Shown here: positions 42,001-53,966 of the stretch, in pieces
Numbering within the stretch: the stretch's first letter is position 1
Layout: each line of letters opens with the position of its first letter
NCBI GenBank assembly: GCA_902598425.1
Contig: CACKBK010000003.1
Coordinates: 8,284-72,283, forward strand
DNA length: 64,000 nt
Reading direction: 5' to 3'
From: an uncultured Pelagibacteraceae bacterium
GTDB taxonomy: Bacteria; Pseudomonadota; Alphaproteobacteria; Pelagibacterales; Pelagibacteraceae
Translations under genes and position numbers: made by a program
The notes under the pieces: generated by a model
Database searches by the model: none
What the model saw: only the letters and a program-made list of their open reading frames with translations
Told to the model about the DNA's origin: nothing

Positions 42001-42935
42001 TATATTTTTTTTTTAATTATATTAGCTACCCTATTAGTTTCATCAAGTTTTTCATAGTTCCATACTTCTAATTTATCTTCCAAATTTCTAATAATATTTA
42101 ATTTAGTAAACAACTCCCTAAATTGTCTAAACCTATAGTCATCTTTTTTTGACTGAATTTGAGCTACATATATTGGTTTACCCGTTAAAGCAGCTTCAGA
42201 AATCATTGATGTTGAGTCGCATGTAATCACCAAAAATTCAGAAATAGATAAAGCAGATAAGTAAGCTTTTTTATCTACATTTTTAACAATTATTGTTTCT
42301 TTATCAAAAAAACTGTTTGCATGTTCTATTGTGTTAATTGGGGTTCTCATGGATGGTATTATAATAATTTGAAGATCGTATTTTTTTGCTAAATTTTTTA
42401 GATTTTCAAAAATCTTTTCTAAATTATTTCTATCATAACTATAGTACTTATTGGGTCCACCTAAAACTAGAACTAGCTGTTTTTTATCTCTATTAATATT
42501 ATTTAATAAATAGCCATGATTATCTTTAATTTCTTTTAACGAGAGATAATGTAATGCACCTTTTGAATTAATTACATTCTCACCACTTAAGCCATCGTGC
42601 TCTGGTGCAATTATATAATCAAAGTTTTTTAAAGAAACTTTTGGGTCCTGAATATGTATGTTAATTAATTTTTTTTTTGAATTTTTTTTTAAATATAAAG
42701 ATGGTATAACACTTTTTCTACCACAAGATATAATTAGATCTATCTCGGGCACAATAAATTTTTTGAAAAATAAATTTGAAACTGGTGTTATTTTAGGCGC
42801 GATTAACTTTGAAAATAAATTAAGTTCAACTTTTTGGTGTATGTAATCAATGTCTAATGCTTTTGCTAAACCTTCGACCTGGCTGATCATGCCATGCATA
42901 CCTTCTGTTAATAATAACCCTTTTAATTTGGACAT
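42000..42935 (-). CDS. ELM1/GtrOC1 family (mitochondrial fission ELM1-like) putative glycosyltransferase
   Basis: GMISQVEGLA, ISCGRK, HIQDP, APEHD, GG, SMRTP, TCDSTSMISEA. Confidence 0.85.
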   Translation of the reverse strand: MSKLKGLLLTEGMHGMISQVEGLAKALDIDYIHQKVELNLFSKLIAPKITPVSNLFFKKFIVPEIDLIISCGRKSVIPSLYLKKNSKKKLINIHIQDPKVSLKNFDYIIAPEHDGLSGENVINSKGALHYLSLKEIKDNHGYLLNNINRDKKQLVLVLGGPNKYYSYDRNNLEKIFENLKNLAKKYDLQIIIIPSMRTPINTIEHANSFFDKETIIVKNVDKKAYLSALSISEFLVITCDSTSMISEAALTGKPIYVAQIQSKKDDYRFRQFRELFTKLNIIRNLEDKLEVWNYEKLDETNRVANIIKKKI

Positions 42936-42956
42936 AAATTACTATATAGCTTTGAT

Positions 42957-43904
42957 ATGAATCAAAATCCAACTAAACACACAAAAGTGTTAATAATTGG
43001 ATCCGGTCCAGCCGGATACACTGCAGCAGTTTATGCGGCTCGAGCAATGCTTAATCCAGTTTTAGTTCATGGTATGGAGCCTGGAGGCCAATTGACTACT
43101 ACTACTGATGTTGAGAATTATCCTGGATTTGCTGAAGTAATACAAGGTCCTTGGCTTATGGATCAAATGAAAGAACAAGCTAAAGCGGTTGGTACAGAGA
43201 TGATAGAAGATCATATCTCCTCGGTGAATCTAAAGTCAAAACCCTTTGAAGCTATAGGAGAAAGTGGTCAAAAATATACAGCTGATTCTATAATAATTTC
43301 GACTGGTGCTCAGGCAAGGTGGTTAAATTTAAAATCTGAACAAGAGTATAGAGGTTTTGGTGTATCGGCATGTGCAACATGTGATGGATTTTTTTTTAAA
43401 GAAAAAACTGTAGCTGTTGTAGGTGGTGGAAACGCAGCTGTTGAAGAAGCTATGTTTTTAACAAAGTTTGCATCAAAAGTTAAACTTATCCATAGAAGGA
43501 ATGAACTGAGAGCTGAAAAAATGCTTCAAAAAAAACTTATGGAAAATAGGAAAATTGAAATTATTTGGGACTCAGTCATTGAGGACATAATTGGTGATAA
43601 AGATCCTAAAAATGTGACTGGAATAAAAATCAAGAATGTTAAATCAAATAAAATTGATGAATTAAAAGTTGATGGTTTATTTATTGCAATTGGCCATGAT
43701 CCTGCAACTCAATTATTTAAGAATCAGCTAAAAATGGATAAAGAGGGATATTTGATAACAAAAGCTGATTCAACTGAAACAAATATACCCGGCGTATTTG
43801 CTGCAGGTGACGTAAAAGATAAAGTTTTTCGACAGGCTGTAACGGCAGCAGGCATGGGGTGCATGGCTGCCCTTGAAGCTGAAAAACACCTTTCTGAAAA
43901 CTAA
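42957..43904 (+). CDS. trxB: Thioredoxin-disulfide reductase
   Basis: GSGPAG, GGQL, CATCDG, GGGNAA, AAGD, RQAVTAAGMG. Confidence 0.98.
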   Translation: MNQNPTKHTKVLIIGSGPAGYTAAVYAARAMLNPVLVHGMEPGGQLTTTTDVENYPGFAEVIQGPWLMDQMKEQAKAVGTEMIEDHISSVNLKSKPFEAIGESGQKYTADSIIISTGAQARWLNLKSEQEYRGFGVSACATCDGFFFKEKTVAVVGGGNAAVEEAMFLTKFASKVKLIHRRNELRAEKMLQKKLMENRKIEIIWDSVIEDIIGDKDPKNVTGIKIKNVKSNKIDELKVDGLFIAIGHDPATQLFKNQLKMDKEGYLITKADSTETNIPGVFAAGDVKDKVFRQAVTAAGMGCMAALEAEKHLSEN

Positions 43905-44926
43905 TGTCCAACAAAGTATTATTAACTGGAATAAGTGGGTGGATAGCAAAGCATACAGCAATAGAATTATTAAAATCAGGTTATGAAGTTTTAGGAACAG
44001 TTAGAGATAATAATTTAATCGACCAGACTAAAAAAACTTTAAGTAAATATGCTTCAATAGACAAATTATCATTTATCGAATTAGATCTTTTAAGAGATGA
44101 TGGATGGAAAGAAGCAGCTGCAGGATGTAAATATATAATGCATATTGCTTCTCCGTTTCCTATGAAAGTTTCAAATAATAGAGAGCTTCTGTTGCCAGTA
44201 GCTGTAGACGGTACCTTAAGAGTTTTAAACGCTGGATTAAATGCAGGTGTAGAGCAAATAATAAAAACTTCTTCCATTGTAGCAATGTTTAGAAAACCTA
44301 ACAGAAGTAATCCTTATACATTTGGAGAAAATGACTGGACTGATGAAAATTGGATAGAGGGAGTGAATGATTATTTTTTATCAAAAACAAAAGCCGAAAA
44401 GGCAGCTTGGGAGTTAATGGAAAAAAAAGGATTAAAAAATAAATTAACTACTATATGTCCAGGAGGAGTGTTTGGTGATGCACTAGACGTAAAAGGAGGC
44501 ACCTCAATCGAATACATTAGACAATTTATGGCGGGCAAATTTCCTGGAGCACCTAAATTTGCAGTTTTAATTTCTGATGTAAAAGATATAGCTAAAGCAC
44601 ATGTTAAATGTATTGGAAATAGAAAGGTTGGAGGAAGAAGATTAATTGTCGGAAAAGAGGTTAAAAAACTCGTTGAGTTATCTCAATTGATAGCAGAGGC
44701 AATGCCGGCATATTCAAAAAAACTCCCTAAGAAGGAACTTCCAAATTTCATGGTTAAATTGATAAGTTATTTAGACTCGAGTGCTAAAATGATGATTCCA
44801 GATCTAGGTATTTTGATGCAAACTGACCCTACCTATGCAGAAGAGTTATTAGGTTTCAAATTCAAACCTGCAAAAGATTGTATCTCTGAAAATGCAAAAT
44901 CAGTAGTTAGATTAGGAATGGTTTAG
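43904..44926 (+). CDS. NAD-dependent epimerase/dehydratase family (dihydroflavonol/aldehyde reductase-like extended SDR)
   Basis: TGISGWIA, HIASP, TSS, YFLSK (YxxxK), DVKDIAKAH. Confidence 0.85.
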   Translation: MSNKVLLTGISGWIAKHTAIELLKSGYEVLGTVRDNNLIDQTKKTLSKYASIDKLSFIELDLLRDDGWKEAAAGCKYIMHIASPFPMKVSNNRELLLPVAVDGTLRVLNAGLNAGVEQIIKTSSIVAMFRKPNRSNPYTFGENDWTDENWIEGVNDYFLSKTKAEKAAWELMEKKGLKNKLTTICPGGVFGDALDVKGGTSIEYIRQFMAGKFPGAPKFAVLISDVKDIAKAHVKCIGNRKVGGRRLIVGKEVKKLVELSQLIAEAMPAYSKKLPKKELPNFMVKLISYLDSSAKMMIPDLGILMQTDPTYAEELLGFKFKPAKDCISENAKSVVRLGMV

Positions 44927-44943
44927 TTTAATTTTTTAATCAG

Positions 44944-46155
<1,212 letters not shown>

Positions 46156-46179
46156 TTATTTTAATACTTTGTTTATTAT

Positions 46180-48354
46180 ATGCAAAATACATATCAAGAT
46201 TTAATTACTGATTTAGAGGGAAAAAAGCCAGAAATAAGTGGAAAACTTGAAGGTGGCAAAAAATTCAAAATAGTGTCTGATTTTAAACCTGCTGGTGATC
46301 AGCCTGCTGCAATAAAAAAATTAGTTGATGGTGCAAATAAACAACAATTTAACCAAGTTTTGTTGGGAGTCACTGGATCTGGAAAAACTTTTACTATGGC
46401 CAAAATTATAGAATCCACCAATAGACCAGCTTTAATTTTAGCGCCAAATAAAACTTTGGCAGCACAGCTTTATGGGGAAATGAAAAGCTTTTTTCCAAAT
46501 AACGCAGTAGAATATTTTGTTTCTTATTATGATTATTATACTCCTGAGGCATACGTTCCAAGATCAGATACTTACATTGAGAAAGAAGCATCAATAAATG
46601 AACAGATTGACAGAATGAGACACTCTGCTACGCGATCTCTTTTGGAAAGAGATGATGTTTTAATAGTAGCCAGTGTTTCATGTATTTATGGATTGGGTTC
46701 TGTTGAAGCATACAGCAAAATGACTTTAACTCTTCAAAAAAATTATGACTATAATAGAGAACAAATAATAAAATCCTTAGTTGCTCTACAATATAAAAGA
46801 AATGATCAAAATTTTTATAGAGGAACATTTAGAGCTCGTGGGGAATATCTTGAGATATTTCCTTCACATCTTGAAGATAGAGCTTGGAGATTAAGTCTAT
46901 TTGGAGACAAGTTAGAAAAAATCGAGGAGTTTGATCCTTTAACAGGAGATCAGGTTAGAGAACTTAATTTAATAAAAGTCTATGCAAACAGTCATTACAT
47001 AACTCCAAAACCAACAGTGGAACAAGCAATTATTAATATAAGAAAAGAATTAGAAGTTACTTTAAAAAAACATAAATCAGAAAATAAATTACTTGAAGCA
47101 CAAAGATTAGAGGAAAGAACAAAATTTGATTTAGAAATGATTGAAGCAACCGGGTCTTGTGCAGGTATAGAAAATTACTCAAGATTTTTATCCGGTAGAA
47201 AGCCTGGTGAACCACCGCCAACACTATTTGAATACTTTCCTGATAATACTCTAATCTTTGTTGACGAGTCTCATGTAACTGTACCACAATTAAATGGTAT
47301 GTATAAAGGGGATAGATCAAGAAAAAGTACTTTAGCAGAATATGGTTTTAGACTTCCATCTTGTATGGATAATAGACCTTTAAAATTTGAAGAATGGGAT
47401 TTAATGAGAACTCAAACAGTTTTTGTTTCTGCAACTCCTGGACCATGGGAACTAGAGCAAACTAAAGGAAAATACATTGATCAAGTTATTAGACCAACTG
47501 GTTTAATAGATCCTCCAGTGGAAATAAGACCTGCAAAGAATCAAGTTGATGATTTAATGCATGAGTGTAAAAAAGTAATTGAAAACAATCATAGAGTTTT
47601 AGTAACTACTTTAACAAAAAAAATGGCCGAAGATCTCACAGAGTATCTTCATGAGAATGGTATTAAAGTAAGATACCTTCATTCCGATATTGATACTTTG
47701 GAAAGAATAGAAATCATGAGAGATCTTAGAATGGGAGTATTTGATGTTCTTGTTGGAATAAATCTTTTAAGAGAAGGTTTAGATATTCCAGAGTGCGCTA
47801 TGGTTGGAATTCTTGATGCAGATAAAGAAGGTTTTTTAAGATCTGAAACTTCTTTAATTCAAACTATCGGAAGAGCTGCTAGAAATATAGAGGGAAAAGT
47901 AATTTTATATGCTGATAAAGAGACTAAAAGTATAAAAAAAGCAATTCAAGAAACAGAGAGACGAAGAAAAATACAATTAGCTTATAATAAAAAACATAAC
48001 ATTGATGCTAAAACTGTAAAAAAAGAAATTAGCGACATATTAGAAAGCGTTTACGAAAAGGATTATGTCAAAATAAGCGAAGGGTCGAATATTGGTGGAA
48101 ACTTAAAAAAACACCTAAAAGGGCTTGATAAAAAAATGAAGGAGGCTGCATCCAACTTAGAATTTGAGGAGGCAGCAAAGATAAGAGACGAAATTAGGAA
48201 ATTACAAACCACAGAACTTGAAATTACTTTAAATCCAAAAATTAGGCAGTACGATGTTAAAAATAAAATATACCCAAAAGGAAGATCAACTTTAGGAATG
48301 CCTGGTACAAGAGTGACTAAAAAAAAGGATAAAAAATGGAAGCAAAAAAGATAA
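46180..48354 (+). CDS. uvrB: Excinuclease ABC subunit B
   Basis: [21 protein letters not shown] beta-hairpin, [16 protein letters not shown] domain. Confidence 0.98.
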   Translation: MQNTYQDLITDLEGKKPEISGKLEGGKKFKIVSDFKPAGDQPAAIKKLVDGANKQQFNQVLLGVTGSGKTFTMAKIIESTNRPALILAPNKTLAAQLYGEMKSFFPNNAVEYFVSYYDYYTPEAYVPRSDTYIEKEASINEQIDRMRHSATRSLLERDDVLIVASVSCIYGLGSVEAYSKMTLTLQKNYDYNREQIIKSLVALQYKRNDQNFYRGTFRARGEYLEIFPSHLEDRAWRLSLFGDKLEKIEEFDPLTGDQVRELNLIKVYANSHYITPKPTVEQAIINIRKELEVTLKKHKSENKLLEAQRLEERTKFDLEMIEATGSCAGIENYSRFLSGRKPGEPPPTLFEYFPDNTLIFVDESHVTVPQLNGMYKGDRSRKSTLAEYGFRLPSCMDNRPLKFEEWDLMRTQTVFVSATPGPWELEQTKGKYIDQVIRPTGLIDPPVEIRPAKNQVDDLMHECKKVIENNHRVLVTTLTKKMAEDLTEYLHENGIKVRYLHSDIDTLERIEIMRDLRMGVFDVLVGINLLREGLDIPECAMVGILDADKEGFLRSETSLIQTIGRAARNIEGKVILYADKETKSIKKAIQETERRRKIQLAYNKKHNIDAKTVKKEISDILESVYEKDYVKISEGSNIGGNLKKHLKGLDKKMKEAASNLEFEEAAKIRDEIRKLQTTELEITLNPKIRQYDVKNKIYPKGRSTLGMPGTRVTKKKDKKWKQKR

Positions 48355-49091
48355 TTATTACTGGTGGAGCCACAAGAATTGGTGCTGCAATTGCCAATAA
48401 GTTATCTGGTCCAAATAAAGAAATAGTTATTCACTTCAACAAATCAAAATCTAAAGCTGAGGATTTAAAAAAAAAATTATCTCTAAAAGGATCAAAAATA
48501 TATTTAATAAAAGCTGATCTTAATAAAGATAGCGATTTAAAAAAAATTATCAAATTTGCAAAGTCAAAATTAAAATATTTTGATTGTTTGATAAATAATG
48601 CCTCTCTATTTGAAAACGATAAATTAGACAATTTTACATCTCAAAGTTGGGAAAAACACATAACTACTAACTTAAAAGCCCCTGCCTACCTCTCAAAAGA
48701 ATTTTCTAAAAATATAAAAGGAAAAAACAATAATATTATTAATATTATTGACCAAAGGGTTTTTAAACTGACACCATTTTTTTTCTCTTATACCTTGAGT
48801 AAAACTGGTTTATATACCTTGACCAAAACAAGTGCGATGAGTTTAGCCCCTCAAATTAGGGTTAACGGCATAGCTCCTGGGCCTACAATTAAAAATAAAA
48901 GACAATCAATTAAACATTTTAAAAATCAATACTTAGCGACACCACTGAAAAAACAAGTTAATGTAGATGAAGTTTGTAATGCTGTTGACTTCTTTATTAA
49001 AAACAGCTCTATTACTGGACAGGTTGTAGCTTTGGATAGCGGTCAAAGCCTTAATTGGCAAACACCAGATATTTTGAAGGGAAAAGAGTGA
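48336..49091 (+). CDS. SDR oxidoreductase, pteridine reductase (PTR1/FolM)-like
   Basis: TGGATRIG (R-containing PTR-type motif), NNAS, YTLSK, VNGIAPG; next to folB. Confidence 0.8.
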   Translation: MEAKKIIITGGATRIGAAIANKLSGPNKEIVIHFNKSKSKAEDLKKKLSLKGSKIYLIKADLNKDSDLKKIIKFAKSKLKYFDCLINNASLFENDKLDNFTSQSWEKHITTNLKAPAYLSKEFSKNIKGKNNNIINIIDQRVFKLTPFFFSYTLSKTGLYTLTKTSAMSLAPQIRVNGIAPGPTIKNKRQSIKHFKNQYLATPLKKQVNVDEVCNAVDFFIKNSSITGQVVALDSGQSLNWQTPDILKGKE

Positions 49092-49513
49092 AAAAAAATA
49101 ATTTTAAGATCATAAAATTAGAAAAAAGTAAAAGTCTATTTAATTACGAAAAAAAAGTAATTATTAGTGAATTAATTTTAAATCTTAAGTTAGGCTATTA
49201 TGACTTTGAAAAAGAAAAACCTCAAAAAGTAAAGTTTAGTTTAGAAGCAAATTATGAGGATAAAAAACCAACAAATGATAAAGATTTAAAATCTATAGTA
49301 AATTATGCAAAGCTTGTAAGATTAGTAAAAAAACTTGTTAAAAATAGACATTATAATTTTCTTGAAACTTTAGCCGAAGATGTATTTGATGAGTTATTTA
49401 AAGATAAACGAATTGGCAAAATATCTCTTAAAATTGAAAAACTAGAGGTACTGAAAGATTGTTCCTCTGTCGGAATTCAAATATCAAAAAAAAGAAGCCA
49501 TGATCAGCTCTGA
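49088..49513 (+). CDS. folB: Dihydroneopterin aldolase
   Basis: GYYDFEK..PQ, VNY, FLETLAE, IEK; GTG start at 49088 overlapping the SDR stop. Confidence 0.85.
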   Translation: MKKNNFKIIKLEKSKSLFNYEKKVIISELILNLKLGYYDFEKEKPQKVKFSLEANYEDKKPTNDKDLKSIVNYAKLVRLVKKLVKNRHYNFLETLAEDVFDELFKDKRIGKISLKIEKLEVLKDCSSVGIQISKKRSHDQL

Positions 49514-51335
49514 AATAGGAAAAGAAGTAATCAAAAAAGAACTAGCATTAATACCTAAGCTCCCGGGTGTTTACAAAATGATTAATTCAAAAAATGAAAT
49601 TTTATATGTCGGAAAAGCAAAGAATTTACCTAATAGATTAAAAAGCTACGTGTCAGAAAAAAATCACATAATTAGGACAGAGCGAATGTTGTCTCAGACC
49701 AAAAAAATTGAAATAACAACTACTTCTAATGAAAGCGAAGCCTTATTACTTGAAGCAAATTTAATTAAAAAACATAAACCAAAATTTAATATTCTTTTAC
49801 GAGATGATAAATCTTTTCCATTTATTTTTATTGGTAAAGAAGATAAATGGCCTCAAATTAAAAGACATAGAGGTAAAAAAGAAAAAAAAGGATTTTTCTT
49901 TGGTCCATTTGCATCAGCTGGATCTGCAAATTGGACAATTAAGATGATTCAAAAAATTTTTCATCTTAGAGTATGCGATGATACAGTATTTAAAAACAGA
50001 GAAAGACCTTGTATCTTATATCAAATAAAAAGATGTTCAGCTCCATGCGTAGGGTTTATTGAAGAAAAGGATTATAAACAATCAGTCGATGATGCAATAG
50101 AATTTGTGTCAGGGAAATCAAGAAAGATACAAAAAAATCTTTCTCGGCAAATGGAAAAAGCTAGTGAGGAACTTGATTTTGAGAAGGCTACAATTTTAAG
50201 AGATAGAATTAAATCACTGAATATTATTCAGTCCTCTCAAAGAGTAAATGAGGCAAATCTGGTAGAAGCAGATGTAATTGCTGGTTATAAAGAATCTGGA
50301 AAAACCTGTATTCAAGTTTTTTTTTATAGATCAAAACAAAATTGGGGAAACCAAGCTTTTTATCCCAAACACGATGCTGAGGAAAATCTTAGTGAAATAT
50401 TAAACTCATTCGTGTCTCAATTTTATGAAAATAAAAGTGTTCCTACATCAATAATTCTTTCTGAAAATATAAGGGAAAAAGACCTAATTGAAAAAACCCT
50501 ATCGAAAAAAGAGGATAAGCAAATTAATATTTCTGTTGCAAAAAAAGGATCAAAATTAAAAGTAATCAATCAAGCAATTAAAAATGCAAAGGATAGTTTA
50601 AGTAGAAAACTTTACGAAAGCCAAAATAATAAAGAATTATTTGAGTCAGTAGCTAAAAAATTTAATTTAGAAACAAACATTAATTTAATTGAAGTTTATG
50701 ATAATAGCCATATCCAAGGCACAAACAGTGTTGGTGCTTTAATAACATATGGAGAAGAAGGATTTATTAAAAAAAGATACAGAAAATTTAACATTAAAAT
50801 TATAGAAAATAGTCAAGATGATTATGGCATGATTAAAGAAGTTTTAGAAAGAAGATTTAAAAGAGCACTTCAAGAAAAAGATAACTATCTGACTTTTCCT
50901 GATCTTGTTTTAATAGATGGTGGTAAAGGTCAATATTCAAGTGCAAGATCAAGTCTTAACGAACTAGGACTTCATGATATCCCCGTGATAGCTATAGCAA
51001 AAGGTAAACTGAGAAACAGTGGTAATGAGGTTTTCTTTCACAACGGAAAAGAGCTTAAATTTGAAAAAAACGATCCAACTCTATTTTTCTTGCAAAGAAT
51101 TAGGGACGAAGCTCATAGATTTGCAGTGAGTGCACATAGAGCTAAAAGAAAGAAAGGTATGACTAGTTCTTTGCTTGATCAAATCGAGGGAATTGGATCA
51201 ATTAGAAAGAGAGCATTATTAAATCATTTTGGATCAGCTCGAGCTGTTGAGTCAGCAAGTTTAGATGAGATTCAGTCAGTTGATGGAGTTGAAGAAAAGG
51301 TTGCAAAAAAAATTTATAATTTTTTCCACGAATGA
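49500..51335 (+). CDS. uvrC: Excinuclease ABC subunit C
   Basis: [36 protein letters not shown], HhH. Confidence 0.98.
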   Translation: MISSEIGKEVIKKELALIPKLPGVYKMINSKNEILYVGKAKNLPNRLKSYVSEKNHIIRTERMLSQTKKIEITTTSNESEALLLEANLIKKHKPKFNILLRDDKSFPFIFIGKEDKWPQIKRHRGKKEKKGFFFGPFASAGSANWTIKMIQKIFHLRVCDDTVFKNRERPCILYQIKRCSAPCVGFIEEKDYKQSVDDAIEFVSGKSRKIQKNLSRQMEKASEELDFEKATILRDRIKSLNIIQSSQRVNEANLVEADVIAGYKESGKTCIQVFFYRSKQNWGNQAFYPKHDAEENLSEILNSFVSQFYENKSVPTSIILSENIREKDLIEKTLSKKEDKQINISVAKKGSKLKVINQAIKNAKDSLSRKLYESQNNKELFESVAKKFNLETNINLIEVYDNSHIQGTNSVGALITYGEEGFIKKRYRKFNIKIIENSQDDYGMIKEVLERRFKRALQEKDNYLTFPDLVLIDGGKGQYSSARSSLNELGLHDIPVIAIAKGKLRNSGNEVFFHNGKELKFEKNDPTLFFLQRIRDEAHRFAVSAHRAKRKKGMTSSLLDQIEGIGSIRKRALLNHFGSARAVESASLDEIQSVDGVEEKVAKKIYNFFHE

Positions 51336-51916
51336 AAATAAAAATTCCAAATTACTTGACCATAGGAAGAATTATCATAGTACCAATTTTTGTATTCGCA
51401 TTTTATCTTCCAGGTTTTTACGGAGATTTAATACCATTCGTTTTATTTTTAGTTGCTTCATTTACCGATTTTCTTGATGGACTATTAGCTAGAATGTTCA
51501 AAGAAGAGTCTAAATTAGGAGAGCTATTAGACCCAATTGCAGACAAAATTATTGTAGCTACAGCACTTATTTTATTAGTGATGGATGGAACAATTAGAAA
51601 TTATGAAGTTATCGCTGCAATAATTATTTTAACCAGAGAAATTTTGATATCAGGTTTAAGAGAATTTTTAGCTAAAGGACAAATTAAACTTCCTGTCTCT
51701 AATTTAGCAAAATTAAAAACTTTTCTTCAAATGTTTTCTATTGCACTTTTACTTACTGGTGAAACTGGGAATAAATTAATTAATTTTCAAGACTATAATG
51801 CTCAAACAATTGGCATGGTTTTACTTTGGCTGTCAGCTTTTCTGACACTTTATACAGGTTATGATTATTTGAGAAAAGGTATAGACCATGCAATTTCTGA
51901 AGATAATAAAAATTAA
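51332..51916 (+). CDS. pgsA: CDP-diacylglycerol--glycerol-3-phosphate 3-phosphatidyltransferase
   Basis: [34 protein letters not shown]. Confidence 0.96.
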   Translation: MKIKIPNYLTIGRIIIVPIFVFAFYLPGFYGDLIPFVLFLVASFTDFLDGLLARMFKEESKLGELLDPIADKIIVATALILLVMDGTIRNYEVIAAIIILTREILISGLREFLAKGQIKLPVSNLAKLKTFLQMFSIALLLTGETGNKLINFQDYNAQTIGMVLLWLSAFLTLYTGYDYLRKGIDHAISEDNKN

Positions 51917-52794
51917 GCAGCGATTTTCTTTCTTACAATATCTTGATAGCTTTTAGAAAGTTCTAATATAGTATTGCATACTTTAAAATTAAATCTATCA
52001 ATGGATGAAACTGGAGTCACCTCTGCGGCAGTACCTGTCAAAAAACACCCAACAAAATTTGATAATTCTGATACCTCTATTTTTCTTTCAAATACTTTAA
52101 TATTTTTTGTTTTAGCTATTTCAATAATCGTACGTCTTGTTATTCCATCTAAAAAAGAGTCTGGGGTTGGGGTATGTAAATTACCATCTTTATCCTTAAA
52201 AAAAATATTTGCACCAGTCGCTTCTGCAACTTTTCCTTCATGATCGAGCATTAAAGAATCTGTGTAACCTTGACTTTCTGCATCATGTTTAGACAAAGTA
52301 CATATCATATATAAACCAGCAGCTTTTGTATCCCAGGGAATTGACTCTGGTGATGGTCTTTTCCATTTTGAAATATTTAATTTAATGCCTTCTGTTTTTA
52401 ATTTTGGGTCAAAGTATGAACCCCACTCCCACGTTGCAATAGCAACATGAATTTTTGTTTGTTGAGCGGATATTGCCATCATCTCACTTCCACGCCAAGC
52501 GACTGGTCTTACATAACCATTGTTTACTTTTTGTATAGATATTATTTTTTTACTCGCTTCATTGATTTGATCTTGTGAGAACGGTATCGTGAAACCCATT
52601 CTTTTTGCTGAATAAAAAAATCTCTCTGTGTGCTCTTCAAGTTTAAAAATAGCTCCATCGTAAACCCTTTCACCTTCAAATACACAGCTAGCATAATGTA
52701 AGCCGTGGCTAAGAACATGCAGTTTAACATCGCCCCAATCTACTAAATTGTCATTATACCAAATTTTGCCAGATCTTTTATCGTAAGGTATCAT
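51913..52794 (-). CDS. ilvE: Branched-chain amino acid aminotransferase
   Basis: LHYASCVFEG, YVRP, KAAGLY, EATGANIF, LDGITR, GTAAEV; ATG at 52794. Confidence 0.93.
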   Translation of the reverse strand: MIPYDKRSGKIWYNDNLVDWGDVKLHVLSHGLHYASCVFEGERVYDGAIFKLEEHTERFFYSAKRMGFTIPFSQDQINEASKKIISIQKVNNGYVRPVAWRGSEMMAISAQQTKIHVAIATWEWGSYFDPKLKTEGIKLNISKWKRPSPESIPWDTKAAGLYMICTLSKHDAESQGYTDSLMLDHEGKVAEATGANIFFKDKDGNLHTPTPDSFLDGITRRTIIEIAKTKNIKVFERKIEVSELSNFVGCFLTGTAAEVTPVSSIDRFNFKVCNTILELSKSYQDIVRKKIAA

Positions 52795-52858
52795 AAGAAA
52801 AATATATTTATTAAAAAAATATCTTTCTAAATATAATATGTCAATATAACTTACCAAT

Positions 52859-53302
52859 ATGAAAGATCTTTTATATTTAAAAGATGATCATTTAAAAGAG
52901 TTTATTGAGAAGCTTTTTGTAAGCTACAGGGAGTCATTTAATGATGCAAAAAAAACACTCGATAAACATTCATTGGGAATAGCTCATCACAAGGTAATAC
53001 ATATCATTTCCATCAATGAAGGGATAACAATTTCTAATCTTTTAAAAAAGCTCAAAATAACAAAACAAAGTCTTAATCGAGTTATTAAAGAGCTTGTTAA
53101 ATTAGATATCATACTATTTAAAAAAGGGGAAAAAGACACAAGATTAAAACATGTTTACCTGACAAAAAAAGGTATGAAAATTTTTGAAGAAATTTTCTCA
53201 GCCCAAAAAAAAAGAATTTACAATGCTCTTTTAAATTCTACTTCGAATGAGGTAAATAATTTTAACAATGTTATAAAAAAAATAATTAATGAAAAAATTT
53301 GA
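52859..53302 (+). CDS. MarR family transcriptional regulator (PetP-like)
   Basis: LGIAHHK, ITKQSLNRV..L, DTR..LT.KG. Confidence 0.88.
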   Translation: MKDLLYLKDDHLKEFIEKLFVSYRESFNDAKKTLDKHSLGIAHHKVIHIISINEGITISNLLKKLKITKQSLNRVIKELVKLDIILFKKGEKDTRLKHVYLTKKGMKIFEEIFSAQKKRIYNALLNSTSNEVNNFNNVIKKIINEKI

Positions 53303-53966
53303 AGCACATATATTAGTTGTAGATGATGATGATGGAATAAGAAATTTATTAAAAAAATATCTTTCTGAGAAAAATTTTTTAATCACCACAGCTAGTAGCG
53401 CAGAGGATGCTCAAGAAAAAATACTTGCAATAAAATTTGATTTAATTGTCCTTGACATAATGATGCCAGGTCAAAGCGGCTTAGATTTTATCTCCCAAAA
53501 TAGAGGTAAAATTAATACTCCAGTAATTCTTTTGACTGCAAAAGGTCAACCTGATGAGCGTATTGAGGGTCTAGAGATAGGCGCTGACGATTATCTTCCA
53601 AAACCCTTTGAACCTAGAGAGCTTGTTCTTAGAATTAAAAATATATTAGTGAAAACGAAAATTAGAAGTACAAAAAGACTTATAGAGTTTGATAATATTA
53701 CAATTGATTTGAATAAACTTATAATTCAAAAAAAATCAGAACAATTTAAAATTAATAATACTGAAAAAATTATTTTAGAAAAAATGATAAACTCACCAGG
53801 AGAAATTTTTTCAAGAGACTATATTGGCAACTTGATCGATATAGATAAAGAGAGATCTGTTGATGTTATAATTACAAGATTAAGAAAAAAAATAGAAATA
53901 GACTCAAAAAAACCAAAATATCTACAAACAATACGAGGATCTGGTTATGTTTTATGGATTGAATAG
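53289..53966 (+). CDS. OmpR-family response regulator (PetR/OmpR-like)
   Basis: VVDDD, DIMMP, LTA, GADDYLPKPF, RSVDV.ITRLRKKIE, TIRGSGY. Confidence 0.93.
   Translation: MKKFEAHILVVDDDDGIRNLLKKYLSEKNFLITTASSAEDAQEKILAIKFDLIVLDIMMPGQSGLDFISQNRGKINTPVILLTAKGQPDERIEGLEIGADDYLPKPFEPRELVLRIKNILVKTKIRSTKRLIEFDNITIDLNKLIIQKKSEQFKINNTEKIILEKMINSPGEIFSRDYIGNLIDIDKERSVDVIITRLRKKIEIDSKKPKYLQTIRGSGYVLWIE

Noticed and set aside
52837-52857. Imperfect palindrome TATGTCAA...CTTACCA as a MarR operator between ilvE and marR
   Set aside because: The right half-site is too degenerate to support from sequence alone
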